From: Phyllobates terribilis
Lineage: Eukaryota
Length of the DNA: 64,000 bases
Assembly: GCF_046119375.1 (NCBI RefSeq)
Contig: NW_027362769.1
Location: forward strand, 386,384,001-386,448,000
Direction of reading: 5' to 3'
The position numbers and the translations under genes were made by a program. Position 1 is the first letter of the stretch, and every line of letters starts with the position of its first letter. This document shows positions 52,536 through 64,000 of this stretch, one piece after another. The notes under the pieces were generated by a model that did no database searches, was not told where the DNA came from, and saw only the letters and a list, made by a program, of their open reading frames with translations.

Positions 52536-55045
52536 ATGTCAGAGTCAGAAGATGGCAGCTTTGGGCAGGACCCCCTCACGTCCTCTCTTGAGGGCCCCTG
52601 TGATGACCACGAGCTCCTGGCCACGACCGAGGCCTTTGCACGAGGCTTCGATTGCGTCTCCATTTCCTCTTTTCCGGGGGAGAGGCTGATCCAGGGCCAG
52701 GAGGACACGGCCTCCATTATCTCTACAGCCACCCTGGTCCCCGAGTGCATTTACATCCCTCCGGCGGGCTACCAGCTGCTGTCCGAGCAGGAGGTAACGG
52801 GGGCCAGGCTTCTGCCAGCCCCTCTGGTTCATTGTGTCTCTGGGTAGAAAAAAAAAAAAAGCTCATCTAAAATAAAAATATGAATCTATGCAAAAATCCT
52901 ATATAGATCTGTTTCCATAGCAACAGACTACAAACAAGCCCTGCGTAGTCAGATAGTGCCGCCACATTCCCACCCATGCGTGCCCTCCTTCACTACTTTC
53001 TTTAGCAAGACTTATGATTATATTTTTTGGATGGAAGTCATGTGACTGATCAGACTACACATGGCTTGTTTGTAGTCTGTTACTAAGGCAACACATCTGT
53101 ATACAGCTTCTCTACAGCCCTACATCCTTCCCTGGCAACAGACTACGAGCAAACCCTGCGTAGTTGGATCCTGCAGTCCAAAAAAAACTGGGCAAGAAGG
53201 AAGGAACGTGACAGGTCAGACTACACAGGACTTGTTTGTAGTCTGTTACCAAGGAAACGCATAGATCTGTATGGAATCTGTATAAAGATCTGTGTTGCCT
53301 TAGTAACAGACTACAAACAAGCCCTGTGTAGTCACATTTCTTCCTTAGTATTTTGGAAAGACGTATGACTGCAGGATCTGACTACAGTGTTTGCTCGTAG
53401 TCTGTTACCATGGAGACGTATAGGAGCTGTATGCAGAAAGACAATAGTTTGTGATGTTTCTATAAGTTGCTTCACTTTACAGATGCGTTAAGGCAATAAA
53501 TACAAGAGGCGTGTGGAGTGGTAGTGATCATGGGGGGCACCAGTAGTAACATTTCTGTGTTTTGGGGCAGTGGGTGCAGCAGAGAGCGGCACTGCAGAGC
53601 ACCGCGGAGCGGCTGGAGAAGGTGACGCAGGAGAAGGAGGCGCTGCAGGACGCCCTGAGGTGCAGCTCGGAGGACTGTGCTAACCAGGCAAGTCATTGTA
53701 TAGATGTATGGCGCATGTATATGTGTCACAGTATGGACTCATCGGCTGCCCGGTCTCCTGCAGGTGAAGCAGTTACTGGAGCAGATAAAGAGCTCCGAGG
53801 AAATCCTGCAAGGTCTGCAGAAAACCCTGTCTGACACCCAGCAGAAGACCTCACAGAAAATGGTGAGATCCGCTCCAGGCTGTGGACGTTTTATACCTCA
53901 CTCTGACCGCTCTGGTCTCCTCCTCGCCTAACCTGATGCTTTACGCTAGCTGCCTGGCATTGAGCCGACCATCCGGATCGGAGCATTTCTAGGTTTCAAT
54001 GTCCGATAATCAGGATCTATTCTGATAATTGAGCAGTGGAACAACAGGGATCACCACTAATGTCCCCTCCTTGCATCCTGGTTTATGCTTTTTATTTTTC
54101 TTCTGTGTTTTCCATCCAGGCCGCCCTGACGGCCTCCTTCAGCCGCATGTGTCAGGAGGTGAACTGTCTGGATGATGAGAACGAGAAGCTGAGGACACTA
54201 AGTGTAGAAGCACCCCCTGCTGGGCAGAACGCGCAGCTCTCATCCCCGCAGGTATTACAGTGTGCACAGCGTCAGTCAGCAGCTGCTAAAGCCTGCGAGA
54301 TATAAGGTCCAGGCACAGACTCTCCTGGCGTAAATATGGCGCCACGGGTGCCCTAAACTACACTGATTGGGCGTATTACTCAGTGTTTTTGTAGTATCTT
54401 ATGCTGTTGTTTTCCAGAGAGCGGCGCAGCACAGACAGGAGCGGTTGTGTATAGAGATCGTCTCTCTGCAAGAGGAGCTGAAAGCTGAACAAGTGGCAAA
54501 GCAAGAGGTGGAGGAGCAGCTGAGGAGGGCAGCGGACACCCACACCGAGGAGAGGGGTGAATGGGCTCAGTCTGTGGGGTGGGCACCCGTCTATCCCTGT
54601 AGGCCGCACATGGACTGACCAGTCACTGCCCATATTGGATGTCGCCGTGATGCCCAGATCAGCTCTGCCAGTGACTGGGGTTGTTTTTTCCCTGGTGCTC
54701 CCAACCCCCCGGATGCCCCATACATGCTGACAAACCCAATTTTGTTAGGACATTGCCACAACCGTCCCACGGCCATGTGCGTTTTGGTGGCTTTCCATGG
54801 CATTTTGGGAACCATCCTGGAGTGGGGCTTAAATGACCCAAATTTTGCCCCAGTCATAATAGAAAATGGTAAAATAAATAAAATGGATCCTGCCTCCCCA
54901 GAAGTCGTTTTTTGTGGCCTCATGGAGTTAAATATTTACCCAAAAATGTATTAAATAAATAAATAAAATCCGGCATTAAGTAAAATAATTAGATCCGTCG
55001 CTCGAGCCACCCCGAAATCTTATGACTAGTTTTAGTCCAAATGTA

Positions 55046-55076
<31 letters not shown>

Positions 55077-57358
55077 TATATTAATTCTTTGTACACATTA
55101 CACTTAATAAAATGGATAATTGGTTTCATAAAAAGGGCATGGGTTTTAAAAATAAAGTATCACCGCTTTATGACATGCGGTTTATTTCCAGTGTATTACT
55201 GACTTTTTTTTTTTTCCTCCTCTTCATTGTGACGTCCTGATCGCGGTGTTACAGAGATTATGGAAGGTAGGTGGATATATCTATCTATCTATCTATCTCT
55301 ATCTTTGGGTGGGGGCAGGGCTCGGTTCGGCTCTTGCCCCTCACTACTTGCCTCTGCTCTTGCAGCCACGCTCTCCAGCCTGAGGACAGAGATGGAGCGG
55401 ATACAGCAGGACAGGAAGCAGGTGAGATAAGAGAAGCCCCTTCATCCTCTGCCATCTCCTCGGCCTCCTCAGTCACAGATTTTTCCCGCCAGTGGGACTT
55501 GAGCCTGGCGACCACCAAGTAGTGAAGGGTTAACAGATTACTTATTTCTATGGGATCTTTTTGACCGATTCATCACACTATGAGCAGTTGAGAAATATTT
55601 TCAGCTCTTTTTGCTTTGCTCATCCTCCATGCTTTAAACTGCAGCTTTTATGACCACAGGCAATTTCCGTTCCTCTAATAATGAAAAGCTGTGACTTCAG
55701 CTCAGCTGCATGATTTCGGGATGATGCAGACTGTTTCTGTGACCCTCCCCAGTGCTTTACACTGCAGCTCTGCTTCTTCAGACATTGGGTGCTCTCTGTG
55801 CAGGAACCTAGAGATTTACAGTAAATGATGATTTGCTGGATGTTTTTTTTTTAGGCTNNNNNNNNNNNNNNNNNNNNNNNNNNNNNNNNNNNNNNNNNNN
55901 NNNNNNNNNNNNNNNNNNNNNNNNNNNNNNNNNNNNNNNNNNNNNNNNNNNNNNNNNNNNNNNNNNNNNNNNNNNNNNNNNNNNNNNNNNNNNNNNNNNN
56001 NNNNNNNNNNNNNNNNNNNNNNNNNNNACTGAGGATCTGCCAGTGAGCTGTACTGATGGAGTTTTGTCTGGCTTTTTCTGTGTCGCTTTATGATTAGATC
56101 ATTCATGTGATCCTAAATCAACTGAGTTGAGAAGATAAAAAAAAAAAAAAAAATGTTACAAACTCTCTTACAGAATGAGCTCACTGATAGATTCATTGTT
56201 AATTCATTCTGCTGCCAGGAAAGGGCAAGGGGGAAAAAAGGTCCAATAAAGGCAAATGGGAGCAAAATATTTAAAGAATATGCACTAAAGTTAAAAAAAT
56301 AATAATTCCCCAAAAGTGTTCATGTCCTTTTTTAAGGAGTTGTCAACTTTTGAGGACACTTTTTGTTACGTAAATACATGTATTTTGGGCTAAAAAAATA
56401 TACATTTTTTGGAACTGGGGGGGTTCATTTAGAAATTTTGCACCATTTTACTTTCTATATCTTCTGTATTGCACAATCTATTGCAGGCTGCACAATGAGT
56501 TAACTGAGAATCTGTCAGTGAGCTCTTTTTGAAAGTCTGATTTTTTTTTTTTTTTTTTTTTTTTTAAAGAATAAAAAATCTGTCTTTTCCGGGGTTCAGT
56601 TCAGCTGATTTATGACCACAGACCATATCAAAGTTGAATGTGCAAGAAATGAAGCCTGTAACAGCCAAATGCTGCATATTTTTTTTAATTCATCCCAATT
56701 GCAAAAAAAATATTTTTAACCTGAAATGATTGTGTTTTAATTTAAAGGGGTGGTCTACTTTTTTTTTTTTTTTTTTTTAAGGATAAAGTGATGTATGCGC
56801 TTCTTTCCCTCCAGGCGGAGTTGCAGCTGCAGGAGTTGGAGGGTCAGGTGCAGAAGCTCTGGGAGTCTCTCGGGGACCAGGAGAAGGTTCTGCAGCAGGA
56901 GAAGGAGGAGAAGGTACCGGACGCCCCCGCTCGGTGTCCGCGCGGCACTCCGCGTCTTCTCATCTTGTCTCTGTCCGCAGACGTCTCTGGATCTTGCTCT
57001 CGGTGATGAACGGAACAAGGTGTCCAGGCTGCAGACGGAGCTGAGGACCAGCGAGGAGGTGCAGAGGGACTTTGTGCGCCTGTCACAGAAGCTGCAGGTG
57101 ATCTGCTGTCCGGACCCCCCATACAGCTAATAATGCACAACGTCCCTGTGATAACACTGCCTAAGCTCATGACCGGAAGTGTTGTCATAGGGAAATATGG
57201 TATACAGCTTTAATCTTTTGTGTCTCACTTTTTAACGACCTCTGATCACCCGACAGGTCAGCCTGGAGAAAATCCGACAAGCGACTTCCATGGAGGACGT
57301 CCACGACATCTTGGAGGGGACGCGTTTCACAGACGTCAGCCAACTGAGCGACGCCTGA
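52536..57358 (+). CDS. rabep2: Rab GTPase-binding effector protein 2 (rabaptin-5beta), 372 aa model lacking the N-terminal coiled coil
   Basis: Exons 52519/52536-52793, 53571-53687 (GC donor), 53764-53862, 54120-54251, 54418-54556, 55366-55421, 56815-56913, 56981-57097, 57257-57358; phases are consistent. Motifs DTASIISTATLVPECIYIPPAGYQL, LSSLRTEMERIQQ and LQTELRTSEEVQRDFVRLSQKLQVSLEKIRQA match RABEP2. The start codon is uncertain. Confidence 0.9.
52880..53420. mobile_element. MITE-like element(s) with repeated inverted cagactac/gtagtctg modules
   Basis: cagactacaaacaagccctg.gtagtc modules occur in both orientations inside the rabep2 intron. Confidence 0.5.
55858..56027. other. Assembly gap (N run)
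   Basis: Run of N. Confidence 1.
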
Positions 57359-57828
57359 GTCACGGGACTGCGGAGACTATGGGATGAGGCCGCACGCTGT
57401 ATACCGTGTATATAGGGTGCAATATATGCTCTAATAACCGTGTCCTGCCACCAGGGTGCGCATTCTCTAATATTAATGATCCGCCTGTGGGAAAACTGGA
57501 ATGAAACCCATAGAGAGCGGAGGATTATGTGACTACTAACGACCACTAACTGCTGTTACACTTTATTAAAGGCTCTTTTATATCACATGTGTCTGTAATG
57601 CATAAATCAAACACTGTAACATCCCTTTAAGCTGCAGGTTTCTTGTGACTATTGAAATGTAATTTTTATTTTTATTTTTTTCTGTGTGAATCTCCACCAC
57701 AATGCTTTCCTCAGGGAAAATGTATCAACTGTAACACGGTCAAAAGTCGCTCAAAGGTTTCAACTACAGGAAAACATCAAGGTCTTGGCACCTGGCGTGT
57801 ATTGGTAGTGGTGTAGCTCAGACACTTA

Positions 57829-60800
57829 GGGTTGGCCTAGGGTAGAGGTGGTAGTAGGGTTGGGTTAGGATTAGGGCTAGGGTAGAGGTGGTACTAGGGT
57901 TGGGTTAGGATTAGGGCTAGGGTAGAGGTGGTACTAGGGTTGGGTTAGGATTACGGCTAGGGTAGAGGTGGTACTAGGGTTGGGTTAGGATTAGGGCTAG
58001 GGTAGAGGTGGTACTAGGGTTGGATTAGGGCTAGGGTAGAGGTGCTACTAGGTTTGGATTAGGGCTAGGGTAGAGGTGGTACTAGGGTTGGATTAGGGCT
58101 AGGGTAGAGGTGGTACTAGGGTTGGATTAGGATTAGAGGTGGTACTAGGGTTGGATTAGGATTAGAGCTAGGGTAGAGGTGGTACTAGGGTTGGATTAGG
58201 ATTAGAGCTAGGGTAGAGGTGGTACTAGGGTTGGGATAGGATTAGATCTAGGGTAGAGGTGGTACTAGGGTTGGGATAGGATTAGAGCTAGGGTAGAGGT
58301 GGTACTAGGGTTGGATTAGGGCTAGGGTAGAGGTGGTACTAGGGTTTGATTAGGATTAGAGGTGGTACTAGGGTTGGATTAGGGCTAGAGCTAGGGTAGA
58401 GGTGGTACTAGGGTTGGATTAGGGCTAGAGCTAGGGTAGAGGTGGTACTAGGGTTGGATTAGGGCTAGGGTAGAGGCGGTACTAGGGTTGGATTAGGATT
58501 AGAGCTAGGGTAGAGGTGGTACGAGGGTTGGATTAGGGCTAGGGTAGAGGTGGTACTAGGGTTGGATTAGGATTAGAGGTGGTACTAGGGTTGGATTAGG
58601 ATTAGAGCTAGGGTAGAGGTATGAGGGTTGGATTAGGGCTAGGGTAGAGGTGGTACTAGGGTTGGATTAGGATTAGAGGTGGTACTAGGGTTGGATTAGG
58701 ATTAGAGGTGGTACTAGGGTTGGATTAGGGCTAGAGCTAGGGTAGAGGTGGTACTAGGGTTGGATTAGGATTAGGGCTAGGGTAGAGGCGGTACTAGGGT
58801 TGGATTAGGATTAGAGCTAGGGTAGAGGTGGTACGAGGGTTGGATTAGGATTAGGGCTAGGGTAGAGGCGGTACTAGGGTTGGATTAGGATTAGAGCTAG
58901 GGTAGAGGTGGTACGAGGGTTGGATTAGGGCTAGGGTAGAGGTGGTACTAGGGTTGGATTAGGATTAGAGGTGGTACTAGGGTTGGATTAGGATTAGAGC
59001 TAGGGTAGAGGTGGTACGAGGGTTGGATTAGGGCTAGGGTAGAGGTGGTACTAGGGTTGGATTAGGATTAGAGGTGGTACTAGGGTTGGATTAGGATTAG
59101 AGCTAGGGTAGAGGTGGTACTAGGGTTGGATTAGGGCTAGAGCTAGGGTAGAGGTGGTACTAGGGTTGGATTAGGATTAGGGCTAGGGTAGAGGCGGTAC
59201 TACGGTTGGATTAGGATTAGAGCTAGGGTAGAGGTGGTACGAGGGTTGGATTAGGGCTAGGGTAGAGGTGGTACTAGGATTGGATTAGGGCTAGAGCTAG
59301 GGTAGAGGTGGTACTAGGATTGGATTAGGGCTAGAGCTAGGGTAGAGGTGGTACTAGGGTTGGATTAGGATTAGAGCTAGGGTAGAGGTGGTACTAGGGT
59401 TGGATTAGGGCTAGGGTAGAGGTGGTACTAGGATTGGATTAGGATTAGAGCTAGGGTAGAGGTGGTACTAGGGTTGGATTAGGATTAGAGCTAGGGTAGA
59501 GGTGGTACTAGGGTTGGATTAGGATTAGAGCTAGGGTAGAGGTGGTACTAGGGTTGGATTAGGGCTAGGGTAGAGGTGGTACTAGGGTTGGATTAGGGCT
59601 AGGGTAGAGGTGGTACTAGGGTTGGATTAGGGCTAGAGCTAGGGTAGAGGTGGTACTAGGGTTGGATTAGGGCTAGGGTAGAGGCGGTACTAGGGTTGGA
59701 TTAGGATTAGAGCTAGGGTAGAGGTGGTACGAGGGTTGGATTAGGGCTAGGGTAGAGGTGGTACTAGGGTTGGATTAGGATTAGAGGTGGTACTAGGGTT
59801 GGATTAGGATTAGAGCTAGGGTAGAGGTGGTACGAGGGTTGGATTAGGGCTAGGGTAGAGGTGGTACTAGGGTTGGATTAGGATTAGAGGTGGTACTAGG
59901 GTTGGATTAGGATTAGAGCTAGGGTAGAGGTGGTACTAGGGTTGGATTAGGGCTAGAGCTAGGGTAGAGGTGGTACTAGGGTTGGATTAGGGCTAGGGTA
60001 GAGGCGGTACTAGGGTTGGATTAGGATTAGAGCTAGGGTAGAGGTGGTACTAGGGTTGGATTAGGGCTAGGGTAGAGGCGGTAGTAGGGTTGGATTAGGA
60101 TTAGAGCTAGGGTAGAGGTGGTACGAGGGTTGGATTAGGGCTAGGGTAGAGGTGGTACTAGGGTTGGATTAGGATTAGAGGTGGTACTAGGGTTGGATTA
60201 GGATTAGAGCTAGGGTAGAGGTGGTACGAGGGTTGGATTAGGGCTAGGGTAGAGGTGGTACTAGGGTTGGATTAGGATTAGAGGTGGTACTAGGGTTGGA
60301 TTAGGATTAGAGCTAGGGTAGAGGTGGTACTAGGGTTGGATTAGGGCTAGAGCTAGGGTAGAGGTGGTACTAGGGTTGGATTAGGATTAGGGCTAGGGTA
60401 GAGGCGGTACTAGGGTTGGATTAGGATTAGAGCTAGGGTAGAGGTGGTACGAGGGTTGGATTAGGGCTAGGGTAGAGGTGGTACTAGGATTGGATTAGGG
60501 CTAGAGCTAGGGTAGAGGTGGTACTAGGATTGGATTAGGGCTAGAGCTAGGGTAGAGGTGGTACTAGGGTTGGATTAGGATTAGGGCTAGGGTAGAGGCG
60601 GTACTAGGGTTGGATTAGGATTAGAGCTAGGGTAGAGGTGGTACGAGGGTTGGATTAGGGCTAGGGTAGAGGTGGTACTAGGATTGGATTAGGGCTAGAG
60701 CTAGGGTAGAGGTGGTACTAGGGTTGGATTAGGATTAGAGCTAGGGTAGAGGTGGTACTAGGGTTGGATTAGGATTAGAGCTAGGGTAGAGGTGGTACTA

Positions 60801-61475
60801 GGGTTGGATTAGGGCTAGGGTAGAGGTGGTACTAGGGTTGGATTAGGATTAGAGCTAGGGTAGAGGTGGTACTAGGGTTGGATTAGGATTAGAGCTAGGG
60901 TAGAGGTGGTACTAGGGTTGGATTAGGATTAGAGCTAGGGTAGAGGTGGTACTAGGGTTGGATTAGGGCTAGGGTAGAGGTGGTACTAGGGTTGGATTAG
61001 GGCTAGGGTAGAGGTGGTACTAGGGTTGGATTAGGGCTAGGGTAGAGGTGGTACTAGGGTTGGATTAGGGCTAGGGTAGAGGTGGTACTAGGGTTGGATT
61101 AGGGCTAGGGTAGAGGTGGTACTAGGGTTGGATTAGGGCTAGGGTAGAGGCGGTACTAGGGTTGGATTAGGATTAGAGCTAGGGTAGAGGTGGTACGAGG
61201 GTTGGATTAGGGCTAGGGTAGAGGTGGTACTAGGATTGGATTAGGGCTAGAGCTAGGGTAGAGGTGGTACTAGGGTTGGATTAGGATTAGAGCTAGGGTA
61301 GAGGTGGTACTAGGGTTGGATTAGGATTAGAGCTAGGGTAGAGGTGGTACTAGGGTTGGATTAGGGCTAGGGTAGAGGTGGTACTAGGGTTGGATTAGGA
61401 TTAGAGCTAGGGTAGAGGTGGTACTAGGGTTGGATTAGGATTAGAGCTAGGGTAGAGGTGGTACTAGGGTTGGGG
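57829..61475 (+). repeat. Telomere-like G-rich satellite (34/40-bp units containing TTAGGG, CTAGGG, TTAGGA, TTAGAG)
   Basis: ctagggtagaggtggtactagggttggattaggg and variants repeated over ~3.6 kb. Confidence 0.95.
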
Positions 61476-62157
61476 TACAGTGTGCTTTTAGGGGTAGGGT
61501 TGGTGGTGGCATACAGTTAGCTCTATAGTTGGAGTAATAAAATATATACATCCATGTGTAACTTTTGTCTAATTGCAGCAAAATTCAGAATAACCTAAAA
61601 CCCCATAGAGTAAAGTGTAATCACTACAGGATTTTCTTAAGCTACACTCCATGTGCTTGGGCTATAAGGGGTTCAATACTGGACCGGTGAAGGGTACTCG
61701 GAGCACTATTGATTAGGGAAAACATAATTGTCCTGCCACAGACCTGATAATCCATGCTATCCTACTAGTGACAGATTAGCAAACAGTAAAAGTTTTCATC
61801 ACCATGCAATACCCCAAATGTATATAGTGAAATAAAATCTGAAAATATTTCAGTCAACTTAATTTACGTCTGGTATTGCACTTCAACTCCATTGAGATAA
61901 ACTAATCTGAGCAGCAATTCCATACACAACCTTTAGACAGGGGTGGCGCTGTTTTTGAAAGGAGGACCAAAGCCCGGGGACATGGCACAGTAAGCACCGT
62001 GTCTGAATTATGACGTTTCCCCTTTAAATGTATGATCCTGCCCTGAATGCTCTCAGCTGATCTCTTTTCTGCCCTCTGTCCAAAGTTACTTTCACTTTGT
62101 GTTGGAGCAGCTGCAGTTTTCCAGACCATGTATTGTGTGGAGAGCAGGGGTTTCAAG

Positions 62158-62482
62158 ATGGCGACTGCTTCTTCATCACAGCAGCAGAGGATTATTGAAT
62201 ACTATCCGGGTTCCACTTTGGGGAACATCAACCATGGGGTGCAGAGAGTCGTCCTGCAGATGTTTGGGATGCTCGGTCACGGGAAGTCGTCGCTCATTAA
62301 TTCTTGCCTGTGTGTAATGAATGGCGGAGGATACAACAACACGGCGCCTTCTGGATCGAATTTTGGAGGAATGACCATGGAGAGAAGGGAATTTGAACTG
62401 ACGAGGAAATTAGTGATGATCGATAACCGGGGGTTCAACAAGCTGAAGCCAACAGAGGTGCTGGAGGCGCGCGCCCAGTTCA
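62158..62482 (+). CDS. First coding exon of a P-loop NTPase / IFI44-like protein (partial; the gene continues beyond this exon)
   Basis: MATASSSQQQRIIEYYP...VVLQMFGMLGHGKSSLINS...GGMTMERREF..LVMIDNRGF: Walker A GxxGxGKS, a conserved Thr and a DxxG motif; donor CA|gtgagt at 62482/62483 (phase 1). Confidence 0.75.
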
Positions 62483-62519
62483 GTGAGTATCCAGACAGAA
62501 CACCTTAAAGGGGTTGTCC

Positions 62520-63040
62520 GGCACCGCACACTTCTACATCTGGAGGTGAGCAGCATGGATCATGTCACATGTATAACTGGCAGGTATGTGCAGACCTGAT
62601 GTCATCGGCACCGCACACTTCTACATCTGGAGGTGAGCAGCACAGATCATGTCACATGTATAACTGGCAGGTATGTGCAGTTGTGATGTCATCGGCACTG
62701 CACACTTCTACATCTGGAGGTGAGCAGCACAGATCATGTCACATGTATAACTGGCAGGTATGTGCAGACCTGATGTCATCGGCACCGCACACTTCTACAT
62801 CTGTAGGTGAGTAGCACGGATCATGTCACATGTATAACTGGCAGGTATGTGCAGATGTGATGTCATCGGCACTGCACACTTCTACATCTGTAGGTGAGTA
62901 GCACGGATCATGTCACATGTATAACTGGCAGGTATGTGCAGATGTGATGTCATCGGCACCGCACACTTCTACATCTGTAGGTGAGCAGCACGGATCATGT
63001 CACATGTATAACTGGCAGGTATGTGCAGACCTGATGTTGT
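62520..63040. repeat. 87-bp tandem repeat, ~6 copies, starting right after a TTAAaggggttgtcc MITE-type end
   Basis: ggcaccgcacacttctacatctg..ggtgag.agca.ggatcatgtcacatgtataactggcaggtatgtgcag..gatgtcatc repeated. Confidence 0.92.
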
Positions 63041-63088
63041 GGAGGTTTCACCAATTTAAGATACACTAGGTAACTGCTCTCCTCCAAA

Positions 63089-63625
63089 TTAACCCCTTTC
63101 CAACCCATGACGTCTTAGTACACACATTTGTGTACCCCCCGTTCAGTGAGGGCTGCTGCGCTGAGCCCTCACTGAACCGAGCACATGTCAGCTGTGAGAA
63201 TCAGCTGACATGTGCCCGCAACAGCCGCGGGTGGAATCGCGATCCACCCGCGGCTGTTAACATGTTAAATGCCGCTGTCAATCTCCGACAGCGACATTTA
63301 ACGCGCGCTTCCGGGTTGCGCGTCATAAGCCCCGCCCATCGGCGACCCCGTCACGTGATCGCGGGTCACCGATGGGCGTGCATGACAACCCAGGGTCTGC
63401 AGCAGACGCCTGTGGTTGTCATGATCTGGTCGCTATGAGCGCCACCTAGTGGTGGGCGCTCATAGCACAGGACCATTTCTGCTGCATGCTGGGGATCTGC
63501 TCGTCCCCTGTATGTAGCAGAGACGATCAGACAACTGCTGCGTCTAGTCTCCTATGGAGACTATAGAAGCATGCAGTAAGTGCAAAAAAAATGTTTTTAA
63601 AAATATAAAAAAAATCTAAAAGTTT
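63089..63625. mobile_element. piggyBac-like MITE, same family as 11655-12306, opposite orientation
   Basis: Starts TTAAcccctt; shares gatcgcgggtcaccgatgggc, gagcgccacctagtgg and ctcctatggagactatagaa segments in reverse complement. Confidence 0.7.
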
Positions 63626-64000
63626 AAGGCTGTGTGCCCACGTAGCATTTTTCAAGCGTATATGCTGTGGAATTTCCGCAGCGTAAACGCTTGAAAAACG
63701 CATGTATATCCGCACCCCATGGTCCCCAATGGGATTCCGCAAGTTCTATGCACATGCTGCGGATTTTTCCGCAGCGTTTATGCCGCGTTCAAAAATCCGC
63801 AGCATGTCATTTAATTTTGCGTTTCCGCAAGCGGAATTGCCTTTGTCCAATGCATAAAAAACGCAAGGCAATTCCGCATGTGGAAAATGCGTGATAAACG
63901 CGCGAAAAATGCGCGATAAACGCGTGCGGAATTCCGCATGCGTTTTTCCGGGAGAGGACTTGTATTTATGCAGCAGAAATTTTCTGCTTCATAAATGCAA
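63625..64000. mobile_element. Harbinger-like MITE (partial, runs off the window)
   Basis: ttaaggctgtgtgcccacg start with repeated ccgca/tgcgg palindromic modules. Confidence 0.5.

Noticed and set aside
41603-63040. Regularly spaced repeats resembling CRISPR arrays
   Set aside because: Units are contiguous with no unique spacers, there are no cas genes, and the context is a vertebrate genome.

Overview
Eukaryotic vertebrate genomic DNA, almost certainly an anuran (frog): frog-type PP1-alpha N-terminus, TTAA-targeting MITEs and Tc1 elements. There are four assembly gaps. No prokaryotic features, CRISPR arrays, rRNA or tRNA were recognised. I reconstructed five protein-coding loci by hand from splice sites and reading-frame phase: ppp1ca (+, 7 exons, 1573-9271), tctn3 (-, 13 exons, 14702-18188), a highly diverged CD19 orthologue (-, 13 exons found, 19121-40062), rabep2 (+, 9 coding exons, 52536-57358, apparently missing its N-terminal exons) and the first exon of an IFI44-like P-loop NTPase gene (+, 62158-62482). 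Roughly 40% of the window is tandem repeat, and nearly all long ORFs in the supplied track are repeat artefacts. Main points of interest: (1) an amphibian CD19 with conserved YEDM/YENM motifs, EBF1/E2A promoter motifs and head-to-head synteny with rabep2; (2) a ~3.4 kb array of ~60 same-orientation CTCF-like motifs between the cd19 and rabep2 promoters; (3) a ppp1ca-tctn3-cd19-rabep2 linkage that looks like the ancestral paralogon of human 12q24; (4) truncated TCTN3 and RABEP2 models; (5) a Tc1 transposase one nonsense change from intact; (6) a 5 kb A-free GC repeat in ppp1ca intron 1; (7) telomere-like satellites. All comparisons with human proteins and exon sizes are from memory and need database confirmation.
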